Shown here piece by piece: positions 38,556 through 50,775 of a stretch of 64,000 nt of DNA. How positions within the stretch are numbered: the first letter of the stretch is position 1; every line of letters begins with the position of its first letter. The notes beneath the pieces are model-generated. The model was not told where the DNA came from, made no database searches, and saw only the letters and a list, made by a program, of their open reading frames with translations. The DNA comes from Podarcis cretensis (lineage: Eukaryota), in NCBI GenBank assembly GCA_951804945.1, contig OX638151.1:78306001-78370000 (forward strand), given 5' to 3'. Made by a program: the position numbers and the translations under genes.

Positions 38556-39737
38556 CAGAGGGGTGGGACACGCACATACTATCTCTCTTGAGACTAGACT
38601 CCGTATCCTTAAACATTCTACTGTATTCTGATGTCTCCTAAGGTTCTTTATGAATTTGGCCCATAATGTGATGCATTTTGAAGGCGTAAATGGAAGTAGT
38701 GAGAGAACCTGCTCACAGAGAGCGGTTTCCTTTTTTCCAAAAGGACTAGCACGAATCCATGCCTCCTCAAATCAAATCGAAACCATTGCAATGCCCTAAT
38801 TAGAGTAATTAGAATAATAAGGCTGCCTATATGTGGTAAGACAATGTGTACAAACAACTTTATTTAATGTATACTGCTAATCAGCGGTGCGTGCGTGCTT
38901 GAATGCTTTAGTGTAATAAAACTCACCCTCGTCCGCCCAAACAATCAAATACAAATTAGTTTAATGATTGTGCCTGCTTGAATGTCTTCGAAATCCACAG
39001 GCGGAGGGAAATAAATAGCACCATCCTTGTTTGTGCGTCTCCCCTACTGACCAAGGAGCTGGTGCCTCCGTGGACTTGGCAATGAATGACTGGAGGAGCC
39101 ATGAATGAAGCGAGCAGGGACGGGCAATTAATGAATGAGACGGGCTGCCGAAAACTTTCGCTTAGAAGTTCCTTGGGCCGGCTAGACTTGGAAACCAAGC
39201 CTGGAGGGTGGGGAGAGGCTGGGCCAGAATGGCTCTGTTCTCTTGGCAGGGGCGCGAGGGGGATAAAAGAAAGATCTGCAATCGGGTGCACACTTTCTGG
39301 GGAGTAAATGCCACTGAATAACATGGGACTGGCTTCGCAGTAAACTGGCAACACTGCATTAGGAATTTAGGAGACAATTTCTTTCCGGCAACAAAAGCCC
39401 AGCGATGCCTACACTTGTCTCTCCCTTGGTCCTAGATCCTGGCAACCATCCTTCGCATGATTCAGTGCAGTTTTAGATCTAGCCAGTTCCTCGGGGTTGG
39501 CGCAAAAGCAGCGATAAGGACGATAACACGGTTATCGTGCACATTCTTGGCGCTCAAGACTGCAAACCTAAGCATGCCTACTCGACAGTAAGGACCAGTG
39601 GTCCAAAACGCATTAATTAATTAATTTAAACATGGCGTGATTTTTAAGTTGGTCCTCTGTATTCACCTACCGAGATCTGTGGGACGACCTATAACTCCCA
39701 CCCCTTTTGCTGGTATCCTGCTAAATCCAGCAGTCAA

Positions 39738-39951
39738 GGAAGAGAAGAGGAAGAGTTTGGATCTGATATCCCGCCTTTCACTCCCTTTAAGGAGTCTCAA
39801 AGCGGCTAACATTCTCCTTTCCCTTCCTCCCCCACAACAAACACTCTGTGAGGTGAGTGGGGCTGAGAGACTTCAGAGAAGTGTGACTGGCCCAAGGTCA
39901 CCCAGCAGATTAGGAGACTACCCCTCTTAACCACTACACCACACTGGCTCC
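39738..39951 (-). mobile_element. Squam3-type tRNA-derived SINE with an internal deletion removing the B-box region
   Basis: Minus-strand 5' end GAGCCAGTGTGGTGTAGTGGTTAAGAG (A-box); body ccccacaacaaacactctgtgaggtgagtggggctgagag...cccaaggtcacccagc joins directly to agattaggagactacc. Confidence 0.8.
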
Positions 39952-42900
39952 CTATTTTATCAAGGCAAAATATTTGGATGTCTACCACCCAAAAATGGAT
40001 TCAGAGGAGTAGCAATTCAAAGAGTATTTACTTAGCAGTCATGTCCGTAAGAATCCACGAGACTCGCTTTCTAGTAGAATTCCAAATCCCATATTAGAGC
40101 AATACGTTCATTACGTTAATAATTTTACTTCCCAGTAAGTTTATGGGTCGTCAGTTGTCTGAATGCCCGCTCTTGAGTTTTAACAGCTTTGCAGAAAAGT
40201 GTTCTGAAAGTCTTTTTGAAAGACCCATTTCCACTCGTCAAGTCTTCATTGACTGACAGTCAAGTTAAATTCGAAATATGTTTGCATAGTACTACTAACT
40301 AGAGACATTAAGGTGCCTATAGTGGTCTCATACACAAGAGCAGAGGTGTTTTGTTTGTTGGCGATGCCATTAAAAAACTCGTTGGGAGCTCAACAACGTC
40401 TTCCCTGTTCAGAACTGCTAGTTAGCCTACGATGAGGAACTAGTTTAGAGACAGTGTTCAAAAACTATTCCCACTCGGGAGAAAGAAAGGAGGCCATGAC
40501 ATTTTAAGAGGTCCCCTTTAGAGGTCTCCTTCACGATCCTTTCAGCTATTCCGCTTTTCTTTTATTTAAGCATAATTTCTTTGCTCACTTATTTCTCCCT
40601 ATGGTTTTATGTTTCAGCTTTTCGCTTTGGCAAAACACATTGCTCAAATGTGGCACCATATGAAGCTAGCTAAAACTCCAGATATTAGACACGCATTTGC
40701 TGAAAGAAATTCCCTTTGCAATTCAATGGTTTGTTGTTGCTCCTCCCCCCCCCCCTTTGCAAGTGGAGAACAGGGTGTCAGATGATAAAATATAACCATT
40801 CTGAAAGACCTAGGAGTTCCGTAAGGATAGGTGAATCCTGCAAGGATGCCAATATAAGCAAAAGAAGCTGTTGCAAATCGACCTTTATCGTTCTAAGATA
40901 CCCAGAGTGTATGGAAATCACCATGGTTTGCTGATTTGTGGCCGAGCCAGCACTGAGCTGGAATGTAACATAACAAATAAACGCCAATAGACTTTAATGT
41001 TATTTACACTAATATTCCAGTTCTAAATTAGACAGAAATTCCATTGATTTTAAAAACCCTTTCTTTTCCAGCTGTGGCTTCGATCCAAGCCCTGTTTACT
41101 GTAATGGGACTTTCCCTGAAAAAGTGGGTTGAATCGCCAGTTACATTAACAGGAATTTAATTTTTTAACGGTTCCCTTGATACTTAAGTATCAAGCATAT
41201 TTTTAAAAATCATATAAACAATAAGCTGTCAAGCTAAAGTATTTTTTTTAAAGTGTGCTACAGACAGGGTGATTGTGGGTTTTTAAACATAAACATCTGC
41301 ACACGTGTGTGTGTGTGTGTGTGTGTGTTTGTATTCGACCTTCAAGCTGGTTCACAAGCAGCCGAGTGCTATTCTGCTGGCGTTTGATCCAGCTGCTTAA
41401 TTCTGTCTGAAGCATATTATTCTCTCAACTGTATCAACTCTCACCACAGAACTTTGTTTCCAATAAAAATGTGCTTTGCAGCACGATCCTACGCATGTTT
41501 ATTTGTAAATGACTCCTACTGAGTTCAGTGAGATTTATTTCATTCATGGGATTTTAAATCCTGCATCTTAAACCTGAATTTCATAGAATTTGCATGTGAT
41601 TGTAGTATTTCTGCCCGATTCTATGCATTTTCTCTAGAAGTAAAGCCCTACTGCGTTCACTGGGGCTTACACTCAAGTAAGGAGTGTAGTCTTAAAAATT
41701 CGAACACAATCTAGGGATTGAGAAACAAACTAAAATGCGGCCATTGTTACCTGCCCAGGAATGAGAAACCTCTATCTTCCTCAAGCCTGCATTTAATTGC
41801 AAATTATGTTCATTTCAGTGCAATCCTAAGGGTTTTATTTTTTATTTAATTATTAGATTTATATACCGCCCTTCATCTAAGATCTCAGGGTGCTTCACAC
41901 GAAGTAGGACCTATTGATCTCAATGGGACTTATATCCAGAAAAATATGGATTTGACTGCAGCCTTTATACTGAAATGCCATGGCATTCTCCTTGCCTGGG
42001 TGATTTGTCATCGCTTGAGACATAATTACAGTATCCCGTTTAAAACTTTAAAATAAAAATATAAAATTCTGCATTCATAAAGGATATTTTACAAGGAAGT
42101 TGTTTTCTCCAGTAATATGCAGTTAACTTACTGTTGTATGGTACACATAATGTAGCATACACACCTGCTAACTCTCAGTTATCACTTTCGTTAACGCTTT
42201 GGTGTCTGCCACATTTGACAAGTGAAAGTTACACCCTCGCTCCAAAATCCCCTGGTTCACTTCCTGCAATCTTTCCCAGTTTCAAGATCCGTATCTATAC
42301 CGCGTAACCTTTCTACTTTTACCAGGTGGGTAAAAGGCTGCAATCCTAAGCATACCTACCAGGAAGTAAAACCCTGGAGCTCTGTGGGTCGTACTTCCAA
42401 AGAAGCAAGTCTAAGACCCGAGCGGGGTGGGGAATTGTATTGAAAGACACTGAATAAAGTTTAAGAAAAGAGGCGGGTTTCTATTTGTTTGTGAGATGGC
42501 CTTTCTGTTCTCTTGTATTCAGAGAGGTCAGAGCAAATCCAATAGGATTTAGCTGAAAAATTCAGGTCAGGCTAGGAAGTTTAGAAACGGTGAGCCGTTT
42601 TTGTTGTTGTTATTATTATTATTCTAAAGTTGTGCCAAATTATTGCCAATATTCTTGCCTTCCAGGATTTATAGGTAAGTCAGAACCAGCAAATGGGAGA
42701 GAGGGCAGGAGGCAAGCAGCGGTAAGCGCCCGCGTTGCTTTCGACTCCGGATCGCAAGCAAATGAAGTGGGAGTATTTTTGACGGCAAGGAGGCTGAAAT
42801 CCGCATGGAATGACAAGCAAGCAAATTGGCTTAATTAGTTTGTGGATCGAGGTGGTCAGTAGTCAGCAACAAGCTGCCTCCATACCAACGCCTCGTGGGG

Positions 42901-42977
42901 GAAAAAACCCTTTCTTTAAAAAAAAAATCAGCAACGTTTACATATGCATTTATCACATGGCCCAGAAAATGTAAACA

Positions 42978-43106
42978 NNNNNNNNNNNNNNNNNNNNNNN
43001 NNNNNNNNNNNNNNNNNNNNNNNNNNNNNNNNNNNNNNNNNNNNNNNNNNNNNNNNNNNNNNNNNNNNNNNNNNNNNNNNNNNNNNNNNNNNNNNNNNNN
43101 NNNNNN
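42978..43106. other. Assembly gap (129 N)
   Basis: Run of N. Confidence 1.
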
Positions 43107-45916
43107 AAAGTTTCTCATTTGAACAACTAAAAACACTAGAATAAAAGAAACACTGGGAGAACATCTCCTTTTTTCTGTTATCCAAAAGTAAAAAAAGCAA
43201 AATATAAAAACATCTCTTGTTCGCTACTACTCCTAGCACCTCCTTATTAGGCAAGGCATTGAAGCCAAACTGAAGCTCCGTCGAAGAATGAATCGATTTT
43301 CAACTATTATTGTTTGTAGAAAAGATTGTTATCACTGCAACTTCCCCATGCCTCTCTCTTTATTCAGATAAACTCTCTTCCTCTCTCTCAAGCCACTTTT
43401 GAAATTAGGATTTCAATCCCAAGCACTGGGCCTTCTCGTCCACAGCTTGATACCAGATCTAACATCCTCGCGTCTCTGTCAATTCCTGCAAGAGATGAGG
43501 GCATGCCCTTATTTTGCTATTGTCTAGAGATGCTCAGAAGCTGTTCAGAAGCGTCGCTCACACCTTGACTAGCACCCAGTACTTCCCACCGCTCTCCTGG
43601 TATTTATTGCTGTTACTGGGACACCAACTCCTCTTTCCACAAAACCCTGGTGACAGTCTTTAAGGAGGGGAGGGGGGAGCACAAAAGCAGAAAGAAACAA
43701 CAGGACTTCCCTTGTTGACAGTTAATACAAGGTGACGGTGAAAGGGAACCTCGACGGTACCTGACCAGTTTCCTCCTCCTCGATTAAAGATATGCCCCTC
43801 AATATCCCTAACGCTAAATCCTTGGTTGAAGCGCCCTGGGTGAGCTCCTCTCCCAAAGAAGTTTCTCTCTGTCCCAACGCTGTAACCATCACCCCGCAGT
43901 TCTATCAATATAGGCAGGAGGCTCCAATTCTTTAGCGGGGGAGGAAGGGAAAGGCTTCTTTCCAAACTAACCCTCCTTTCAGATATGAAAGCCAGGCGCT
44001 CAACTAAAAATCACACCTGGCCCAACCAAGCGTCGCGCACGTGATCCCACCACCACTCCAAAGGCACACACAAACTCGGGTGGCGCGCGCGCGCGCGCAG
44101 GGGGAAGAAGCAAAAGATTCCATTTCCAAGACCATTGAAATGTCCTGCAGAGGGCAGATGCTGCCCAGCTTTCCACTCCTCAAACACCCCCCCCCCCACT
44201 ATTAAAAAAAAAATACAGACAATTCAGCGAGCTATTGACCAAGGGACATTCAATCTATACCCAGCTTAAACATTTTACCCATCAGCATATCTGCGGTCAC
44301 AGAACACTCCTTCTTTCTGTCACTTCGTTTCCAGACTATTGATAAGATCATTTAGCTGAATCTGTTTGGGACGCGTGTAATATTGACTAGGAGTTAGAAA
44401 AGATGATTAAATCTAATAAGCCTGGAAACTATCGTTAAAAGGGGAAAGGCTGTGGTGGGAAGACTTAGGGCGGAGTGGCTGTGGCGTTGGTGGAGTTTTC
44501 TTCTAAAAACGCAAGAAACTAGGCAAGAAGGTGTTAGTATCCAAAACATGCTAACGCTGAAGATGCCATTCCCAGGAAATGGGCTATTGACGGCGATAGC
44601 ACCCAGTAACCTAGTCATGTCCACAAGGACCTAAACCGAAGCTCCACAGAAATGTATAGCGGGATTATAGCCGCCCCCTATAATGTTGTTCGTGTGCACA
44701 CACTTTAGCAATCTGAACCACACCCAGCTTGGGCGAAAGCAATTTGATTTGAGCTGGCGTGCAATCTATCCAGTCTATGCATTGCTTAGTTGGAAAGTCC
44801 AGGTTCCATTGGAACTAAACTTCCAGTTCCTGTATTCACTTTCCTGAGGGTAAAGTTCCATTGATTTCAAAGGAACTCACCTCCAAGAGACAACCTTTAG
44901 GGCCGCGGGTCCAGTTAGATTATAGCACTTCAGCTGAGCTGTTCCTCAGTTGGGGATCTGGCTGCATCTCTATTGTACAATCTATACTGCAGCGTAGAAA
45001 TTACTCCAAAGAATAATTTATTTGTTACTTGAAAGAACGAAAGCGTCGCATAGCCCACGGAAGCCTTTCAAATGTCTAAAGAAGAACTGGCAATCTACCA
45101 GACAAAACTTTGATTTGGAAGGAGACAAAATGCACATGGCTAAGCAAGACTGACTAAGGAAGTACAAGATAAACAACCGCATGTTTAGCGTTAAAAGAGC
45201 TTGATTAAAAATAGTAACAATGCCCTGTTCCTTTAAAAACAAAACACTTAGGCGTTGGGCTGCAGTTATCCATCCACCGTGGCTATAGAGCTGCAGTGAA
45301 TCCCATGGACTGCAATGGGAAATCAACGAGCCTACTCTAGAGAAAGTGGTTTGCCCTTCAACTTAATATAGTCTTGGTGGTTTGAATGGAACTTTTTACT
45401 GCCAAGTAAGTGTAAGAGCTTATGATCGCAACCCAAAGCGGCACACGCTACATCGAAAAACCCAGCCCAGCGATTGACAATGAGAACATGTAGATGCTTA
45501 GATTTTGTGTACCTCCAACCAGCTATATATTTCTTCGCACACGCGTTCCAAGAGAAACTGGTTCCCAGAGCATCAAAATATACACACTGCGGTGGCTTCC
45601 AGCATTAAAGGCCGAACCTTGGAAAGACAATTGTGCCTACCTAACAGTGTTCCTTCCCGGCCCACATTCCTCCTGTACTCTACCAGCTGCCAGAATTATA
45701 CCAGCGAAATCTGTCAATAGATTAGGCATACATTTTATTCCAAAATGTCATGGAGTAAGAAGGAAGGACAGAGAATGCAAGGCAATAGAAAGGCTAGATT
45801 CTATTTCTTCCCACATATTTCCCATTTCCAAAGAAATATGTCGCCACTCTCAGTACTATTTTTTTTTAAAAGGAAAATAAAAGATATGCCAATAACTCGA
45901 ACAAACTATAAAGGTC

Positions 45917-47975
45917 TTGTGTATTTCTGTTTTATGTAGATAATAAAATATTACTTTAACATAAATATATAAGGATCTCTGCGCTTTTATTTTTCCCCAC
46001 AAGCACATCCAAATGTACCAAAAAACAAAGTATTTCTTTAAAGAGACTGAACCAAAAAAAAAATATTACATCCCATATAGATTTTGTTTGTTTGTTCACC
46101 TACTCATTTAAAGCTACAGAAAAAACAGTTTCCAGAACCTGTTTGCTTTAAAAGAAATAAATATACATTGAGGCAGCCCACTTAAAAATGATATGAAAAT
46201 ATTTCCCTGGGTAGCATTAAAAAAAAAGGAAAAAAAGAAAAATAGACAAAGAAAACATTTAAACTATTTCTGCATTTCAAAGGACAAATATTAAACATAT
46301 ATACAGAGTGGTAAGGTTTGTGTGGTAACTTTGTTTTAAAATTTTAAGTAAACTTATTGGAGGGTTTAGAAGATCTGCTTCCCCCAAACTCCTTCTTTTG
46401 ACCTTACCCAGATATTAATAAGTGTCACTGCCCCCCCCCATTTTGCCACTTCCACTGCCCCAACCTGAATATTTTTAAAGAAGTTTGTCCCCATACAATA
46501 ATCAACAGCAGCTCAATACCATTAAAGAGAAACCAGTGTCCATATAGTTTTTTAAAGGGGGGAACACTGTTGCAAAAATAGAATAAAGGCCCAATGAATA
46601 GGCTTCTCAGAAAGCTGTATTTGTCTTCTCAAGGGGAAGTGGGGAGGGGAAAAAAATCTGATGCCAGACACTGGCGCTTAGAAAAACAGTTGAAGAATAT
46701 AGTATTATTAAATCCCACCTACTTCCTCCAATGTTTATCTGCAAGTTTCTCTGAGAGAATATTTCATTGGCCTCAGAATTCTCAAACACTCCACTAGGCA
46801 AACTTTGTAAATATTATTTTTTAAAAAGTTATACAGACCACCCCCTTTTTGTGCTGAGTAGATGTTTCAAAATATGAATATGTCACTCTCACAGTTTCAT
46901 GGGTTACCCCCTCCCCCTTTGCCCCAATATAGAATATAATATACAATTTCAACTTCCCCTTCCTGTCTTCCCTCTCTAGAGCCTTTTGCTTTTTGGAAAG
47001 TTAACCATTTTCTACCAAGCAAAATGCAGCTATTAAATGACTAACACAAAGGGGACAGAAAAAAGACAAATTGAAAAATGGCATTTTGGTTGCTTTGTTT
47101 TCTCTTCATTTGGCTCCCTTTGGAGAAAAGAGAAAAGGCCGACAAAGTTAAACCGCTCCTTTTCATGCCACATGTTATGCTGAAGTCTCAAGAAAGGACG
47201 TGGGATGGATCTAAAATGTGAGAATAAACCTTAAAGAGAAATTCACCCAGCTGCATGTGGCCACGACTCCCACATACTGACCACTGAAAACCAAGTACAG
47301 TACTTGGATTTTTAAAGCAATCCCCATAGAAACATTTACTTGGAAATAAGTCCCATTGATTACAGTGGGGGAAATCCTGGCTACCTTCTTAGTCTTAACC
47401 TCACTGATTTCAATGGGTTTAATCATTGCTTAAAATTCATCCACTCTCTTTTCCAGAGCGTACTTCATACAATCCCACATATTTGCTGAAGTAAGTTGGA
47501 AACCTCCCATTGAGATGAATGGGACTGCAGTTCTTAGTCCGCTTACATTAAATCCTGATTTTTTTTCAGCACATGATGTGAAAGCAAATCCCACCTAAAG
47601 TGGGTGTCACTCTGGAACTGAGTGTTATCTTCTCCCAAATGGAAATGATGCATCTCAAGATCACAGCCCAGAGCTGCAACCTTGAGCACCTCTGCTTAGA
47701 TCAGTGGAACTTACTTCCAAGTGACGATCTTAAGGATCAGAATGAATATTCTTGAGCTGAATTTCTACTCCCACCCCATTCCAAATTGAAAAGCAGATGT
47801 CAGCATAGGGCAGGGGCAGCGCTGGACAAGTCATACAGAGAACTTCTACAGGATCTGTGAAGCTAAGCATTAGTCTCTCTTTCTCTCTCTTTCTCCCATC
47901 TGACACTCCAACCCCCCCCAAAAAAACTTGTTAGTTTCTTTCAAAGTGCCACTTTCTGCTGGAAAAGCATGAATG

Positions 47976-48037
<62 letters not shown>

Positions 48038-49180
48038 ATAATCTTATTTCTGCAAATTTCTAATTCTTCACGTCCCTTCCCCCAGTCCTGCCCCCATCTC
48101 CGTTTCACTCACTCATTCACACAAACACCTACCTTGCCTTGCATCTGGGGAAAAAATACATATCCACAGCCACATTTCTCTGTGTGGGAAGTGGCAGTTG
48201 TTTCTTCCCCCACCTCCTTCTCGTCTCTGTCCTTTTCTTAACGCTTCCCCTCAAGATCTACTTAACCCTAAGGAGAGCCCAGCTTCCCCCACTCCGGAGG
48301 TTAAAGATGGCAGAAAAAGCAAATTAAACATGACCTCCGCCGAAGGCTGACTCCAAAACTTCGCGTCCAACAACACAAAGAGGCTTACACGGATTTTTGT
48401 ACATTGTCCCACCGCTGGCCAGCAAACACATACACACAGAGAGCAAAATGCAAGTCACCTCCAGACAGAGGCAGGAAAGGGAGAGATCTGTAAACTTCTG
48501 TTTCCTTGCAGTGCAAATTCAGACGGTTTACTCTCTCTTTCTCTCACTCTCTCTCTCTCTAATGACACCTGCCTACCATATTTGCCTTTGTATCCGCGCC
48601 CCCCACCCCCAGCCAAAGCAATCCAACCTAATGCGCGCTGCAGAGCATCGAAGAGCATCCTCTTCCCTGCTTCCCTTCTAGGCGCCTTTGGCGAAGACCC
48701 CACGAAGTATTTAACGGGCAAGGCTCCCTGCTACAAAAGGCCGGCCGGCTTTCGCCTATACCCAGAGGGGGGAAGGTTTTGTGCAGCGCCTTGACATTTG
48801 CAATGGGGCGTCTCTCTTATCTGCCTGCGCCTGGATGCAAGGAAGAGAGAGAGAGAAAGAGAGAGCGGGGGAGAGGTGGAAGGGGCCAACATGCACTCGC
48901 TTCTCTGACACACACATCCATATACTCACTGCACTTCATTGCCTGGTTACTCGCCTGTAAAGGTCAGAAACACACCATTCATTACACACTTTGCTACCGT
49001 TTCAAGGATAGTTCAGTGCTTTCGCCTTCCTTCCTTTTTTTGTTTTGTCTGCTTTTTTTTTTAAAGGGGAATAGGGAGAAAACAATCGAAAGAGTTGGAG
49101 GAGTAAGGGGTTCGAGGGAAGGGGCCAGGCTCGGCCCCCCCAGTTCCCCCCTGCTCCTCCTTCCCCGCCGACGGCGGAGT
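45917..49180 (-). other. POU3F2: Probable POU3F2 3' UTR (~3.2 kb; end approximate)
   Basis: Follows the stop. The AU-rich terminal block has minus-strand AATAAA (plus tttatt ~45986-45991), a CATAAA variant near 45931-45936 and GU/U-rich sequence beyond ~45915. Confidence 0.5.
47978..48033. repeat. (CT)n(CA)n compound microsatellite in the putative POU3F2 3' UTR
   Basis: Direct reading. Confidence 0.95.
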
Positions 49181-50099
49181 TCACTGCACAGGAGTCTGTA
49201 CCCCGTGGTGTGGCGGCGGCGTGTCCCTGCTGGCCCCATACACGTCCTCGGCTCCCGGCAGAGTCCCTCCCGGGGGAGTCATGCGTTTCTCTTTCTGTCT
49301 CCTGTTACAAAACCACACGCGGACCACCTCTTTCTCGAGCTGGAGGCTGTCCGCCAGCGAGGTGATCTCCTGGGCGGAAGGCTTGGGGCACTTGAGGAAA
49401 TGGCTCTCGAGGGCGCCCTTGACGCTCACCTCGATGGAGGTGCGCTTTTTCCGCTTGCGCCCCTGCGCCGCGATCTTGTCTATGCTGGTGGGGCTGCCCG
49501 ACGACGAGTCCGCCTCCTCCAGCCACTTGTTCAACAAAGGCTTCAACTTGCACATGTTCTTGAAGCTCAGCTGCAGGGCCTCGAACCTGCAGATCGTAGT
49601 CTGCGAGAAGACGTTGCCATAGAGCGTGCCCAAGGCCAAGCCCACGTCCGCTTGGGTAAATCCCAGTTTGATCCGCCGCTGCTTGAACTGCTTGGCGAAC
49701 TGCTCCAGGTCGTCCGAGGTCGGCGTGTCCTCGTCCGAGTGCGCCTCGTGGTGGTGGTGCGGGTGGTGGTGCTGCTGCTGCTGCTGCCCGTGCGGGTGCT
49801 GCTGCGGCTGCTGCTGGGGGAGGTGGTCCGGGTGGTGAGGGGGCTGCTGCTGCTGCTGCGGCGGCGGCTCCTCGTGGGCGTCCCGCAGGCCGTGGTGGTG
49901 CATGCCCGGCTGCCCGGAGCCCAGCATGCCGTTGACCGTGAAGCCCGGCGGCTGCGAGTACAGGAGCCCGCCCTGGCCGCCGCCGTTGGACGCGGCCATG
50001 CCGGGCGGCAGGTGAGCCGCGCCGCCAGTCCTCCACGCCACGGCCGCGGCCACGGCGGCGTGGTGGCTCCCGGCGTGGTGCACCAGGTGCGGCGGTCTG

Positions 50100-50134
<35 letters not shown>

Positions 50135-50479
50135 ATGCTGCAGCTCGTCCCCCCGGCCGCTGGCCTGCACCACCGAGGGCTTGATGTCCTGCTGGCCCAG
50201 CGGGCTGGTGGACCAGGGCGAGTCCCCTCCGCCGCCGCCGCCGCCGCCGCCGCCTCCTCCGCCGCCTCCCCCTCCGCCGCCGCCGTGGGACAGCGCCGTG
50301 ATCCACTGGTGAGCGTGGCTGAGCGGGTGCCCGTTGCTCTGCAGCGCGTAGTCCGCCTGCACCAGCGCCTGGGCGTCCCTGTAGCCGGCGCCCGGCTGCA
50401 TGCTCCCCGGCGGCTCGGCGTGCACCATGGGCGAGCTGGAGGTGAGCAGGCTGTAGTGGTTAGACGCTGTGGTCGCCAT
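49181..50479 (-). CDS. POU3F2: POU domain class 3 transcription factor 2 (Brn2), single exon, 432 aa
   Basis: Start [12 protein letters not shown] in strong Kozak context (gagagtcATGg); POU-specific domain ([19 protein letters not shown]) and POU homeodomain ([10 protein letters not shown]...[14 protein letters not shown]); C-terminus HHGVQTPVQ is typical of POU3F2; tail-to-tail with FBXL4 as in other amniotes. Confidence 0.97.
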
Positions 50480-50525
50480 GACTCTCCGAGCCGGACTGAG
50501 GGCTCCGCTTAAAGGAGCCGCGCAT
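50460..50525 (-). other. Out-of-frame upstream ORF (21 aa) overlapping the POU3F2 start codon
   Basis: ATG at 50525-50523, 46 nt upstream of the main ATG; reads [24 protein letters not shown] at 50462-50460; translation not demonstrated. Confidence 0.5.
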
Positions 50526-50775
50526 TTGACAGCTACTTTTTCGCCTCGGGCTCCTCTCGCCGCTCGCTTCCCCCGCAAGTCCGCTTGGCAGAGCCCACTG
50601 CAAAGGCACGCGTCCCCGCTCCTCCCTCCCTCCGGCCCCCATTGGCTCCCTGCGCTTTGATTTACGTGGAGACCTCTAGCAACCGGCGCAGGGGGAGCCT
50701 CCCATTGGCCCCGGCCCTGGCGCTGACACCACGCCCCCCGCACAGCCTCCCTCTCGCTCGCTTTGTAATCAAACT
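50526..50775 (-). promoter_or_regulatory. POU3F2: POU3F2 proximal promoter / 5' leader
   Basis: Two minus-strand CCAAT boxes (plus ATTGG 50641-50645 and 50704-50708), TCF/LEF core CTTTGAT (50655-50661) overlapping TGATTTAC, TGACAG at 50526-50531, GC-rich boxes. Confidence 0.7.

Noticed and set aside
42831-43254. ORFs spanning the N run
   Set aside because: Artefacts of the assembly gap
50288-50298. REST/RE1 right half-site GGACAGCGCC (similar ones in the SINEs and near 63717)
   Set aside because: No properly spaced left half-site (TCAGCACC); explained by coding or SINE sequence
49305-50306. 333-aa alternative-frame ORF within POU3F2 (polyR/polyA)
   Set aside because: Frame-shifted reading of the GGC/CAG repeats in stop-poor GC-rich DNA; GTG start
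48779-50512. 577-aa + strand ORF antisense to POU3F2
   Set aside because: Shadow frame of a GC-rich CDS; non-ATG start, low-complexity product, no recognisable domain
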